A stretch of 62,737 nt of DNA from Deltaproteobacteria bacterium (GTDB lineage: Bacteria; Desulfobacterota; Syntrophia; Syntrophales; UBA2210). The notes below the pieces were generated by a model that was not told the DNA's origin, did no database searches, and saw only the letters and a program-made list of their open reading frames with translations. Shown one piece after another: positions 47,700 to 56,713 of the stretch. Within the stretch, counting starts at the first letter, position 1, and each line of letters starts with the position of its first letter. A program made the translations under genes and the position numbers. The stretch is from contig JAFGBH010000056.1 of assembly GCA_016933215.1 (NCBI GenBank), forward strand, positions 1-62,737, read 5' to 3'.

Positions 47700-50084
47700 A
47701 TGTCAACACTTGAAAGACCTGTCGAAATTGTTACTGATTCTCGAGTCACGAGACTCAGGAATCGTATTATAGATGCACCGCAGGAGGTCTGCGTGGAAAG
47801 GGCCCGGTATCTGACACGGTCGATGTCAAAAAACTGGGACCTGCATCCGCTTACCCGCATAAGCATGGCCCTGGAGGATATACTCGATAATATTACCGTT
47901 ACCATAAGGGACGACGAGTTCATCGTCGGGTGCAGAACAAGCAAACTCAAAGGGGCACCCCTTTTCCCCGAAGGAAAATCGCGCTGGATCGAAGGGGATG
48001 TAGATACCTTTGATACACGGGTCTATCAGCGGGCCCTCATAACGGAGGAGGAAAAGCGGGAGCTTCTTGAGGAGATTCTTCCCTTCTGGGAGGGGCGAAC
48101 AATAGAGGAGCGTCTTTATGAGTCCATGCCCGATGATATCGAGGCGGACATGGATAAGTATGTCTTTCTCATGGCCCTTCAGATTACCTATGGAATCGGT
48201 CATTTTACGATGGATCATCCGAGACTCCTCGCATCGGGCCTGAGAGGGATCATTGAGGATGCCGAAAAACGCTCCAATTCACTTTCCCCGCAGGAGCGTG
48301 AAGGAGAGAAGAGGCTTTTCTATGACACCGTCATGCGCTCTCTCCATGCCTCGATCCGTTTTGCCCATCGCTATGCCACACTTGCAGAATCGATGGCAGA
48401 AAATGAGATTGATACCGAGCGTGCGGAAGAATTAAGGAGAATCGCTCGTATATGCACCCGTGTTCCGGAATACCCCGCCGAGACATTTGAGGAGGCCATA
48501 CAGAGCGTCTATTTCATTCACCTTATCGCTCAGATTGAATCGGGAGGGAATTCCATTTCTCTGGGCCGTATCGACCAGATCCTCCATCCCTATTATAAGG
48601 CGGATCTGAATGCGGGGAGAATCACCCCGGATCGGGCACGGGAACTGATGGCCATGCTCTTCATCAAGGTGAATGAAATATGGAATGTTCTTGAAGAGGC
48701 TTTTATCCCCGGTGGCGAGGGGACAGAGGGAAAGACAACACAGAACGTGACCGTGGGCGGTATCGGTAAAGATGGAGAAGATGCAACCAATGAACTGAGC
48801 TATATAGGTCTTGATGCCTTTGCCGATGTCAGGACTGTACAGCCCGATTTCGGTGTTCGTCTCAGCTCAAAGGCTCCCGATAATTTCTTCCTGAGGGCTG
48901 TGGAGTATACAAAAGACGGCGTGCCGATGCATTTTTTCAATGACGATAGTATTGTTGAGGCTCTGATGAACGGGGGACATTCCATTGAAGATGCGAGAAA
49001 TTATGGCGTTGTTGGTTGTCTTGAGCCCAATGCCCAGGGAAAGACCTTCGGTTCTACCTTTGCCGTGCAGATAAACGGCATTAAATGTGTTGAGTTTGCT
49101 CTCAGCAACGGTATCGACAATACCTTCGGATATCAGTCGGGGATAGAAAGCGGAGAGGTTGAATCCTTTTCTTCCTTTGAAGATGTGTGGAATGCCTATT
49201 GCGCGCAGATGTCCTATTTTATAGGGCAGGTCGTCAGGGGAATGGATGTCCTTGATGGGATTATTGCGAATCAATTGCCGTCGCCGCTCGCCTCCGCTAT
49301 GATCGAAGGACCGCTGGAAAAGGGTTTCGATCTCACAAAGGGAGGCGCCGTCTATAATTCAACGGGCGTCCAGTATATCGGATTCGGCAATGTTGTGGAC
49401 AGTCTCTATGCCATAAAAAAAGCCGTTTTTGAAGACGGTACCGTTTTGCTCCCCGATCTCGCCGCGTGGCTTTCTGACGACTGGGATGGTGTCGAGGATA
49501 AACGGTCCTATTTCCTGAATAAAATACCAAAATACGGCAACGATATCGACGACGTGGATGAGATGGCTAAAAAGGTTCTCAATCATTTCTGTGATGAGCT
49601 GAAACAATATACGAATTACCGGGGAGGCGCCTTCTGGCCGGGCGTATTTTCCGTGGGATTTCATCTCGCCTTCGGTTCCTTTACGGCAGCAACACCCGAT
49701 GGCAGGTACTCGGGAGATGTTCTCGGGAATGGTCTCACACCGACGACCGGGAATGCCCTCACGGGTCCCACTGCGGTAATGAATTCGGTGACGAAAATCC
49801 CCCTTACACGACTTTATAACGGTGCCAATCTCAATATGAGATTCTCCGGCAAGAGGATCGGTGCAGAAAAGCTTATGGCTCTTATGAAGGCCTATTTCGA
49901 TCGCGGTGGAATCCAGGTTCAGTACAACATGATAGACTCGGAGATCTTACAGGATGCGAAAGTCAATCCGGAGAGACATAGGGATCTGGTCATAAGGATA
50001 AGCGGATATTCGACGCTCTTTACCGGTTTAACGGAAACCGCGCAGGATGAGATTATCAGCCGCACAGAATACGGACGACTGTAG
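47700..50084 (+). CDS. Glycyl radical enzyme, single-Cys non-PFL type, reaction unknown
   Basis: C-terminal LVIRISGYS glycyl-radical loop; GVVGCLEP thiyl loop; SISLGRIDQ, TAATPDGR; start ATG 47700 after AAGGAG. Confidence 0.93.
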   Translation: MSTLERPVEIVTDSRVTRLRNRIIDAPQEVCVERARYLTRSMSKNWDLHPLTRISMALEDILDNITVTIRDDEFIVGCRTSKLKGAPLFPEGKSRWIEGDVDTFDTRVYQRALITEEEKRELLEEILPFWEGRTIEERLYESMPDDIEADMDKYVFLMALQITYGIGHFTMDHPRLLASGLRGIIEDAEKRSNSLSPQEREGEKRLFYDTVMRSLHASIRFAHRYATLAESMAENEIDTERAEELRRIARICTRVPEYPAETFEEAIQSVYFIHLIAQIESGGNSISLGRIDQILHPYYKADLNAGRITPDRARELMAMLFIKVNEIWNVLEEAFIPGGEGTEGKTTQNVTVGGIGKDGEDATNELSYIGLDAFADVRTVQPDFGVRLSSKAPDNFFLRAVEYTKDGVPMHFFNDDSIVEALMNGGHSIEDARNYGVVGCLEPNAQGKTFGSTFAVQINGIKCVEFALSNGIDNTFGYQSGIESGEVESFSSFEDVWNAYCAQMSYFIGQVVRGMDVLDGIIANQLPSPLASAMIEGPLEKGFDLTKGGAVYNSTGVQYIGFGNVVDSLYAIKKAVFEDGTVLLPDLAAWLSDDWDGVEDKRSYFLNKIPKYGNDIDDVDEMAKKVLNHFCDELKQYTNYRGGAFWPGVFSVGFHLAFGSFTAATPDGRYSGDVLGNGLTPTTGNALTGPTAVMNSVTKIPLTRLYNGANLNMRFSGKRIGAEKLMALMKAYFDRGGIQVQYNMIDSEILQDAKVNPERHRDLVIRISGYSTLFTGLTETAQDEIISRTEYGRL

Positions 50085-50126
50085 CTGACCTGGAAGAGGG
50101 AGTGAAGTGACTATGGGAGGTATCGG

Positions 50127-51062
50127 ATGAGCAAGGTTATGCCGATGAAAGAGGCGGTACAACGGTATGTTATTGATGGTGATTTTCTTTTTATCGGTGG
50201 CTATATATGCAGAACCCCCTTTGCCGCTGTCCACGAGATTATCCGTCAGAAAAAAAGAGATCTGACAATAACCAGGAGCAATGCCGCCGACGACTTTGAT
50301 ATGATGATCGGTGCAGGTGTTGTCAAGCGCTTTATCGGCACCTTTCTTTCCCTCGGTCTTTACGGCCTCGGCCGCTGCTATCGGCGTTCAATCGAAAAGG
50401 AAATACCTCACAAAATCGAGTTAGAGGAATATACAAACCTCTCACTCCCCATGATGCTCATGGCAGGTTCCATGGGAATGCCCTTCGTTCCGGTGAAGGA
50501 TATGGCCGGGTCAGATCTCTTAAATGTAAAATCCTTTATGGGGGAGGATAAGTACAAGGTTATCGATTCTCCTTTCGATGGAAGCCCCACCGTTTTGGTG
50601 CCCGCGCTCAATCCCGACGTGGCGATCATTCATGTTCAGCAGGCCGATGAGATGGGAAATGCCCAGATCTGGGGAATTGGGGGTGATTGCAAGGTCGGAG
50701 CCAATGCCGCAAAGAAGGTAATTGTGAGTTGCGAGCGGATAGTCTCAAGAGAGGTAATCGGGAAGGATCCGTCACGGACTATTGTTCCGGACTTTAAAGT
50801 GGCAGCGGTGGTAGAGGAGCCCTTTGGCGCCCATCCCGGATATACGCCGGGATTCTACGATGTGGACTTTTCCTTTGGTTCTCTCTATCAGCAGGCTTCC
50901 AATACGGTCGAGGGATTTGAGGAATTTCTGAATGAGTGGGTCTTTGATGTGGAAGACAGAACTGCCTATGTCGGACATTACATAGAACGCTTCGGCTATC
51001 CGACCTTTAAAAACCTTGAGGCGGCTTTTGATTTTGGATATCCCGTCAGTTACGCATATTAG
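50127..51062 (+). CDS. Family I CoA-transferase subunit A (GctA-like)
   Basis: PFAAVHEIIRQ, AGSMGMPF, PALNPDVAIIHVQQADEMGN, PFGAHP. Confidence 0.88.
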   Translation: MSKVMPMKEAVQRYVIDGDFLFIGGYICRTPFAAVHEIIRQKKRDLTITRSNAADDFDMMIGAGVVKRFIGTFLSLGLYGLGRCYRRSIEKEIPHKIELEEYTNLSLPMMLMAGSMGMPFVPVKDMAGSDLLNVKSFMGEDKYKVIDSPFDGSPTVLVPALNPDVAIIHVQQADEMGNAQIWGIGGDCKVGANAAKKVIVSCERIVSREVIGKDPSRTIVPDFKVAAVVEEPFGAHPGYTPGFYDVDFSFGSLYQQASNTVEGFEEFLNEWVFDVEDRTAYVGHYIERFGYPTFKNLEAAFDFGYPVSYAY

Positions 51063-51140
51063 ATCTACTTTGCGTTATGAAGGGTTTCATTTTCATAGCA
51101 ATTGAAACTGAAAACCACGCTGTTTGAGGGAGAGATTTGT

Positions 51141-51941
51141 ATGCACACCCATCCTGACGATTATATAAAGCCTGAGCTGATGGCCTGCTGTGGTGCCAGG
51201 GAAATAACAGACGGAAATATCGTTATCGTGGGAACGGGCTTTCCCACAATGTCCGCCAACATAGCGAAATATACTAACGCGCCCAATGCTACTCTCATGC
51301 AGGAATCGGGAGTTTACGATGCAAGACCTGTGAGACCGGCGCTTTCCGTTGGCGATCCCTGTCTTAATCCAGGCGCTGCCATGATAGGCGGGCTGGTCGA
51401 TGTGATGGGGATGTTTCTGCAGTCGGGCTGGGTTGATGTAGGTTTTCTCTCGGGAAGCCAGGTAGATAAATTCGGGAATATCAATACGACGGTCATTGGC
51501 GATTATGAGAAACCGACGAGTCGGCTTCCCGGAAGCGGGGGGGCAAATCCGATCGGTTCGCTTGCGAAAAAGATTCTCATCATTGCCCTACACGACAAAA
51601 GGCGGCTATCCGAACGTGTCGATTTCATTACAACGCCGGGATATATCGATGGCCCCGGCTCGAGAGAGAAACGTGGACTGCCCGCCGGTACGGGCCCGGG
51701 GGTGATCATTACGAATAAGGCGGTATTGAGATTCGATGACGATACAAAAGAGGCCTATCTTGCAACCTATCACCCTGACAGTTCAGTGGATGAGGTGGTG
51801 AGCCTTACACCGTGGGATCTGAAAGTATCAGATGACGTCCATGAAACGGAGCCGCCGAGAGAAGAGGAACTGAGAGTCGTGCGTGAGATTCTCGATCCCT
51901 TCGGAATGATTAAAATATACGAAGGTCGGGGCTATGTATGA
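51141..51941 (+). CDS. Family I CoA-transferase subunit B (GctB-like)
   Basis: VGTGFP, MQESG (putative catalytic Glu), QVDKFGNINTT, LPGSGGA; likely ATG 51141. Confidence 0.88.
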   Translation: MHTHPDDYIKPELMACCGAREITDGNIVIVGTGFPTMSANIAKYTNAPNATLMQESGVYDARPVRPALSVGDPCLNPGAAMIGGLVDVMGMFLQSGWVDVGFLSGSQVDKFGNINTTVIGDYEKPTSRLPGSGGANPIGSLAKKILIIALHDKRRLSERVDFITTPGYIDGPGSREKRGLPAGTGPGVIITNKAVLRFDDDTKEAYLATYHPDSSVDEVVSLTPWDLKVSDDVHETEPPREEELRVVREILDPFGMIKIYEGRGYV

Positions 51942-51990
51942 TCATCTAAGGGGTTGTGAGTTGTAGGACAGGTTTTATTTCGTCATTTCC

Positions 51991-52041
51991 TTGACCGGGA
52001 GCGCACCCGCAAGCCTCGCCCTGTGGGCGTGGAGCTTCACA
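51991..52041 (+). repeat. 51-bp dispersed repeat, family B copy 2
   Basis: 46/51 identical to 41376-41426; just upstream of the MmgE/PrpD RBS. Confidence 0.8.
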
Positions 52042-52056
52042 GAAATAAGGGGGAAT

Positions 52057-53424
52057 ATGAATCACTCAAGATTGCTCGCGGAATTTTGCTCACAGATTTC
52101 ATTTGATAACCTCCCTGAAGAGGTTGTTTATAAGACAAAACTCTGCATACTCGATTGTATCGCCAATATCTATGGATCACGGGAACTCGAAGCCGTAAAA
52201 CATGTGGCCGATTATATCCGCTCGCAGCAGGGTGCTCTCCAGGCATCGGCCCTGGGATGGAATTTCGAAACGACCGTCAATGATGCAGCCTTTATAAACG
52301 GCACTGCCGCAGAGGCGATCGAGGCACAGGACGGGCTTCGTTTCGGCGGCAATCATCCGGGGACAGCGGTAATTCCCGCTGCCTTCGCCGTAGCCGAGCA
52401 TCTCGGACTTGGTGGCAGGGAGATCGTTGAGGCAGTCGTTGCCGGCTATGAGGCGGCGAACAGGCCTGCCGCGGCTATGCATCCATGGCATACACTCTCG
52501 GGATTTCTTCCCACGGGAACATGCGGGACATTCGGTGCTGCAACGGCAGCCGCAAAATTATACCGTTTTGACAGCAATCGTATGCTGAATGCCCTGGGTA
52601 ATGCAGGGTATTTGCTACCCCTTTCAATGGCCGAACATTTAATGGGAGGGTATACGATAAAGATAGTCCAGGGTGGTCAGGCGGCAAGCGCTGGTATCAG
52701 GGCGGCTGGTCTTGCAGGATCGGGTATCACAGGAGCTCCCTATGTTCTTGAAGGTTCCGAATTAAACGGAGGTTTTACGAAGATTACAACTAATGTGGAA
52801 CCGAACATGGATAAAATAATCGAGGGATTGGGCGAGCACTTTACCATAATGGATGTTTATTTCAAGCCCTATACCTCGTGCCGCCATACACACGGAGCAA
52901 TTCAGGCCACCCTTGAGATCGTGAAAAGAGAGAAGGTTTCCCCCGCGGATATCGAGAAGGTGGAAGTCTATACATACGGAATCGCCGTCATCGCGGTAGG
53001 GAAGGGCGTAAAGGACAACGACACCTTTGTATCGGCACAGTTTTCCATACCCTACTGTGTTGCCGCGTGTCTGACCGATGGAGAATTCGGTCCACAGCAG
53101 ATGAAGGAGGCACGAATCGAAGACCCCGGTGTTATCGAACTGTCGAGAAAGGTTCAGGTATTGATGGACGATGATCTGAATAATATCTATCCCGATATGA
53201 CATCGAGCAGGGTGAAAATATTTTTGAAAGATGGAAGAAAGCTGGTTCAGCAGATTGATATTCCGAAAGGTGATCCGAGGGATCCGATGGATGAGAAGGA
53301 GATCTCCCAAAAAGTCCGATATTTTGCAGGAGACAAGAGCGGAGGCCGGGTGAATAAGGTGATCGGCATGATACTTGATATTGAAAATATGGCAAATATC
53401 AAAGAACTTGCTCGATTAATCTAA
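52057..53424 (+). CDS. MmgE/PrpD family protein
   Basis: AAFINGTAAEAIEAQDG, HPGTAVIPA, FKPYTSCRHTH, AQFSIPY, PKGDPRDPM; start ATG 52057 (the ORF-track extension runs through the repeat). Confidence 0.9.
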   Translation: MNHSRLLAEFCSQISFDNLPEEVVYKTKLCILDCIANIYGSRELEAVKHVADYIRSQQGALQASALGWNFETTVNDAAFINGTAAEAIEAQDGLRFGGNHPGTAVIPAAFAVAEHLGLGGREIVEAVVAGYEAANRPAAAMHPWHTLSGFLPTGTCGTFGAATAAAKLYRFDSNRMLNALGNAGYLLPLSMAEHLMGGYTIKIVQGGQAASAGIRAAGLAGSGITGAPYVLEGSELNGGFTKITTNVEPNMDKIIEGLGEHFTIMDVYFKPYTSCRHTHGAIQATLEIVKREKVSPADIEKVEVYTYGIAVIAVGKGVKDNDTFVSAQFSIPYCVAACLTDGEFGPQQMKEARIEDPGVIELSRKVQVLMDDDLNNIYPDMTSSRVKIFLKDGRKLVQQIDIPKGDPRDPMDEKEISQKVRYFAGDKSGGRVNKVIGMILDIENMANIKELARLI

Positions 53425-53447
53425 AGGAAAGTATGAAAGGAGCGCGA

Positions 53448-54614
53448 ATGGACTTCAGTTTCAGTAGTGAACAGCAGATGTTGATTGAGACGTTGCGGAC
53501 GATGGGAAAACGGGAAAATTTCAAGGAACTCGCGGCACAGATAGACAGTACGGGGGAATTTCCCCACCACCTGATGAAAAAGTATGCCGAGATGGGACTG
53601 CTGGGTATGACGTTATCTTCAGAATACGGAGGAGGGGGAAGGCCGGCAATAGAGGCAATAATTGCAATCGAAGAGCTGGCAAAGTTCAGTCCCATGATAG
53701 CAGCTGCGGTATTTGAATCAAATGTCGGGCCGGTAAGGGTCATTGATATCTTCGGAACGGAAGAGCAGAAGAAATCGATAATTCCGGGGGTCTGCAGGGG
53801 CGAGCTTAGTGTCTCCGTGAGCATGACTGAACCCGAGGCAGGCTCCGATCTTACGTCACTGTCGACGACTGCCATAGAGCATGGCGATACGTATATATTA
53901 AATGGCCGGAAAGCTTTTATTACCGGCGGCGGCTATGCGAGCCACTATTTGGTCTATTCGAGATTTGATAATATTCCGGGCTATAAGGGTATCGGTGGAC
54001 TGATCGTGGAGAAAGACATGCCTGGTTTTACCTTTGGGAAACAGGAGGAATATATGGGGCTCAGAGGAATGCCCTCCTGTGATCTTATATTCGAGGATGT
54101 TGTAGTTCCGAAAGAAAATGTTGTGGTAAAGCCCGGTGATTTCAGAAATCTCATGTTGACCTTTGACATAGAAAGGTGTGGAAATGCCGCCATGTGTCTC
54201 GGTGTGGCAGGGGGTGCACTGGAGGAAGCAAAGATATACGCTCAACAGCGAGAGGCCTTTGGAAGACCCATTTGCGAGTTTCAGGCCGTTCAGTTTCCCG
54301 TCGTTGATATGGCCATGAAACTGGATGCTGCTCGACTTCTCGTTTACAGGGCCGCAACAGGGGCCGGCCAGGGATTGCCCTCCATATATGAATCGGCAAT
54401 GGCGAAGTGTTTCGCAAACGAGATGGTGGTTGACGTGACAAATGCCGCAATGGAGGTTTACGGTGGCTACGGATACAGCAAAGAATTTCCCGCCGAGAGA
54501 ATGCTTCGCGACGGAAGGGCATGGAGGGTCGCCGGGGGTACCATAAACATGCTCAGGATTACCATGGCGAGTCTCATCTTCGGAAGGAGATTCGATCAGC
54601 GCAAGGGAAAATAG
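53448..54614 (+). CDS. Acyl-CoA dehydrogenase
   Basis: MTEPEAGSD, LNGRKAFIT, AQQREAFGRPICEFQAVQ, GGYGYSKEFPAERMLRD. Confidence 0.93.
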   Translation: MDFSFSSEQQMLIETLRTMGKRENFKELAAQIDSTGEFPHHLMKKYAEMGLLGMTLSSEYGGGGRPAIEAIIAIEELAKFSPMIAAAVFESNVGPVRVIDIFGTEEQKKSIIPGVCRGELSVSVSMTEPEAGSDLTSLSTTAIEHGDTYILNGRKAFITGGGYASHYLVYSRFDNIPGYKGIGGLIVEKDMPGFTFGKQEEYMGLRGMPSCDLIFEDVVVPKENVVVKPGDFRNLMLTFDIERCGNAAMCLGVAGGALEEAKIYAQQREAFGRPICEFQAVQFPVVDMAMKLDAARLLVYRAATGAGQGLPSIYESAMAKCFANEMVVDVTNAAMEVYGGYGYSKEFPAERMLRDGRAWRVAGGTINMLRITMASLIFGRRFDQRKGK

Positions 54615-54665
54615 AAACCATTATTAAAAGACTTCAAATATTTTACAAAACGAGGAGGGACAGTA

Positions 54666-55106
54666 ATGGGAACATATTACAGAGACGCCGATCACCTTTT
54701 TGAGATCTATGGATATTTTTTGGATCGAGTTCTTACCGATGAGAAGATCGGGCCCAAGATGGCGAAGTCAAATATTATTATCAAGTTCATCTATACAGAT
54801 CCTGACTGTGAGATCACTATCGACCTGAAAAACCCGCCACAGAAAGAGGGGTACTACGGAAGTTATTATCTGGGGCCCTGTGATTTGAAGGAAGATGTCT
54901 GGTCCAAGCAGGCAGCTGATTTTTCCCATAGCTTCTGGCATGGATTTGAAAATCCGATAGCCGCTGTCACAAAGAGAAAGGTAAAACAGGGCGGCAAAAT
55001 AACGGCAATGATGAAACTTCTCCCCGTGGTCAAACCGGCATTCAAAGAATTTCCCTCGGCCCTTGCGGAGATGGGATACGGTGATCTTATTATTATAAAG
55101 AAATGA
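54666..55106 (+). CDS. SCP2 sterol/lipid-binding-domain-like protein
   Basis: A.DFSHSFWHG..NPIAAVTKRKVKQGGKITAMMKLLP resembles the SCP2 C-terminal signature. Confidence 0.65.
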   Translation: MGTYYRDADHLFEIYGYFLDRVLTDEKIGPKMAKSNIIIKFIYTDPDCEITIDLKNPPQKEGYYGSYYLGPCDLKEDVWSKQAADFSHSFWHGFENPIAAVTKRKVKQGGKITAMMKLLPVVKPAFKEFPSALAEMGYGDLIIIKK

Positions 55107-55153
55107 GGATTTTTGTATCAATATCGATCGACGAATAAAAAAAGGAGGGACTA

Positions 55154-55591
55154 ATGAGCGAGAGAAAAAACGAGCACCTTATCGTGAGAGAACCGATTAA
55201 CGTCAACAAGCTTCCCGATCATAAACTGAGCGACGTGATACCCTTTCCGGTGCTGATGTGCAAGGATCTGGTGCCCGAAGCACAGGCATGGGCTCTTTAC
55301 ATGTTCATAAAAGAGATAACGCAGGAAATGGTTGATCTTATGGATGCCGTAGGAAAGGCAACTCCACACCGGCATGACTTTGATGAAATGTATCTGATGA
55401 TAGGGGAAGAAAAGGCCATCACCTTTGAGGTCATGCTTGACGACGAATTCTACGAGGTTGCAACGCCGGGAGCGGTGTATATTCCGAAAGGACTTCCTCA
55501 TGCCATACGGCCGGTGAAGGCAACGGTGGGCCTTTCGGGTGGTCTCATTCCCGTGTGTCTGAACGGGGAATATGTTACACTACCGGTGTAA
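55154..55591 (+). CDS. Cupin-fold protein
   Basis: PHRHDFDEMY (H-x-H-x3-E) and AVYIPKGLPH cupin motifs. Confidence 0.75.
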   Translation: MSERKNEHLIVREPINVNKLPDHKLSDVIPFPVLMCKDLVPEAQAWALYMFIKEITQEMVDLMDAVGKATPHRHDFDEMYLMIGEEKAITFEVMLDDEFYEVATPGAVYIPKGLPHAIRPVKATVGLSGGLIPVCLNGEYVTLPV

Positions 55592-55656
55592 TTATTTATG
55601 AGCCAAACTATGGTATATGGTTGTTGATGAAATAATCGATGAAAAATGGGGTGGGG

Positions 55657-56505
55657 ATGATGAGTCAGAATATATCGACGAAGGAAGGCATGTTTGAAGC
55701 GGCCGACGGCTTTCAGTTATTTGAGAGATGGTGGGTGCCGGAGGGCGAGACGAAAGCGGTTGTTGTCATAGTCCACGGCCTGGCAGAACATAGCGGACGG
55801 TATTCACATGTGGCAAAACGACTGAACGAAGATGGATATGCCGTGTATACCTTCGATTTACGACTGCACGGAAGATCGGGCGGGGCAAAGGCCTTTGTGA
55901 AATCATTTGATGACTACCTTGCTGACCTCGACGTATTTCTTGCGAGGGTGCGTGAAAAAGAGCCTCAAAAACCACTGTTCCTTCTGGGGCACAGTATGGG
56001 CGGAACAATCTCAGCCCTTTTTGCAATAACAAGAAAGCCCGACATACGAGGCCTTCTGCTGAGCGCAGCGGCCCTGAAAATGGGTGATGACATCTCGCCC
56101 ATTCTTATAAGTTTATCGGGGATTATAGGAAGCATTCTGCCGAAACTGCCCACCGTCAAGCTTGACAGTGGCGCCATCTCGAAAGACCCTGAAGTAATAA
56201 AGAAGTATGATACCGATCCTCTCAACTATCGGGGAGGGACTCCGGCTCGAACGGGCGCAGAAATTGTGAGAGCCACACGAATTATTCAGGAGCGAATGGA
56301 AGAAATTAATGTGCCGATCCTTATCATGCACGGGACGGCAGACCGTCTCGCGAATATCGAGGGGAGCAAAGAGCTCAATGAACGTGCCCGTTCCGCTGAT
56401 AAGACACTGAAGTTATATGAGGGCCTCTATCATGAAATCCTCAATGAGCCGGAGAAAGAGGAGGTAATGGACGATATCATCGAATGGATGAATTCGCACT
56501 GCTGA
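55657..56505 (+). CDS. Lysophospholipase / monoacylglycerol lipase-like alpha/beta hydrolase
   Basis: VHGLAEHSGRY, DLRLHGRS, GHSMGG, HGTADRL, YHEILNE; start 55657 or 55660 (ORF track 55639). Confidence 0.9.
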   Translation: MMSQNISTKEGMFEAADGFQLFERWWVPEGETKAVVVIVHGLAEHSGRYSHVAKRLNEDGYAVYTFDLRLHGRSGGAKAFVKSFDDYLADLDVFLARVREKEPQKPLFLLGHSMGGTISALFAITRKPDIRGLLLSAAALKMGDDISPILISLSGIIGSILPKLPTVKLDSGAISKDPEVIKKYDTDPLNYRGGTPARTGAEIVRATRIIQERMEEINVPILIMHGTADRLANIEGSKELNERARSADKTLKLYEGLYHEILNEPEKEEVMDDIIEWMNSHC

Positions 56506-56713
56506 AAACGCTCTCTTCTTTAAAGATATGTTTGAGTTTGTCGGATAAATTATTACGTGAGAAGCTCAAGGCGGATCTATGAAAGAGTTGACAAAAAATA
56601 TAATTATATGTCATTAAACTCTATGGTTGAAGTTAATATAAGATAACAGAGCAAAGGCCGGCAGTACTTCTGATTATGAGAAAAAGGACCGTGATTAACG
56701 GGGGGAATGACAT

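Noticed and set aside
47700-50084. Pyruvate formate-lyase, choline TMA-lyase or benzylsuccinate synthase
   Set aside because: Single Cys (GCLEP) rather than the PFL Cys-Cys; lacks the CutC-type GGGD motif and BMC genes; no small BssB/C subunits
43610-54614. Steroid C/D-ring (IpdABC/KstR2-like) pathway assignment
   Set aside because: The gene mix is suggestive (TetR, NMO-like, CoA-transferase pair, ACAD, SCP2), but subunit B keeps the GctB-type ESG glutamate, and no enoyl-CoA hydratase or thiolase is present; not supportable without phylogeny
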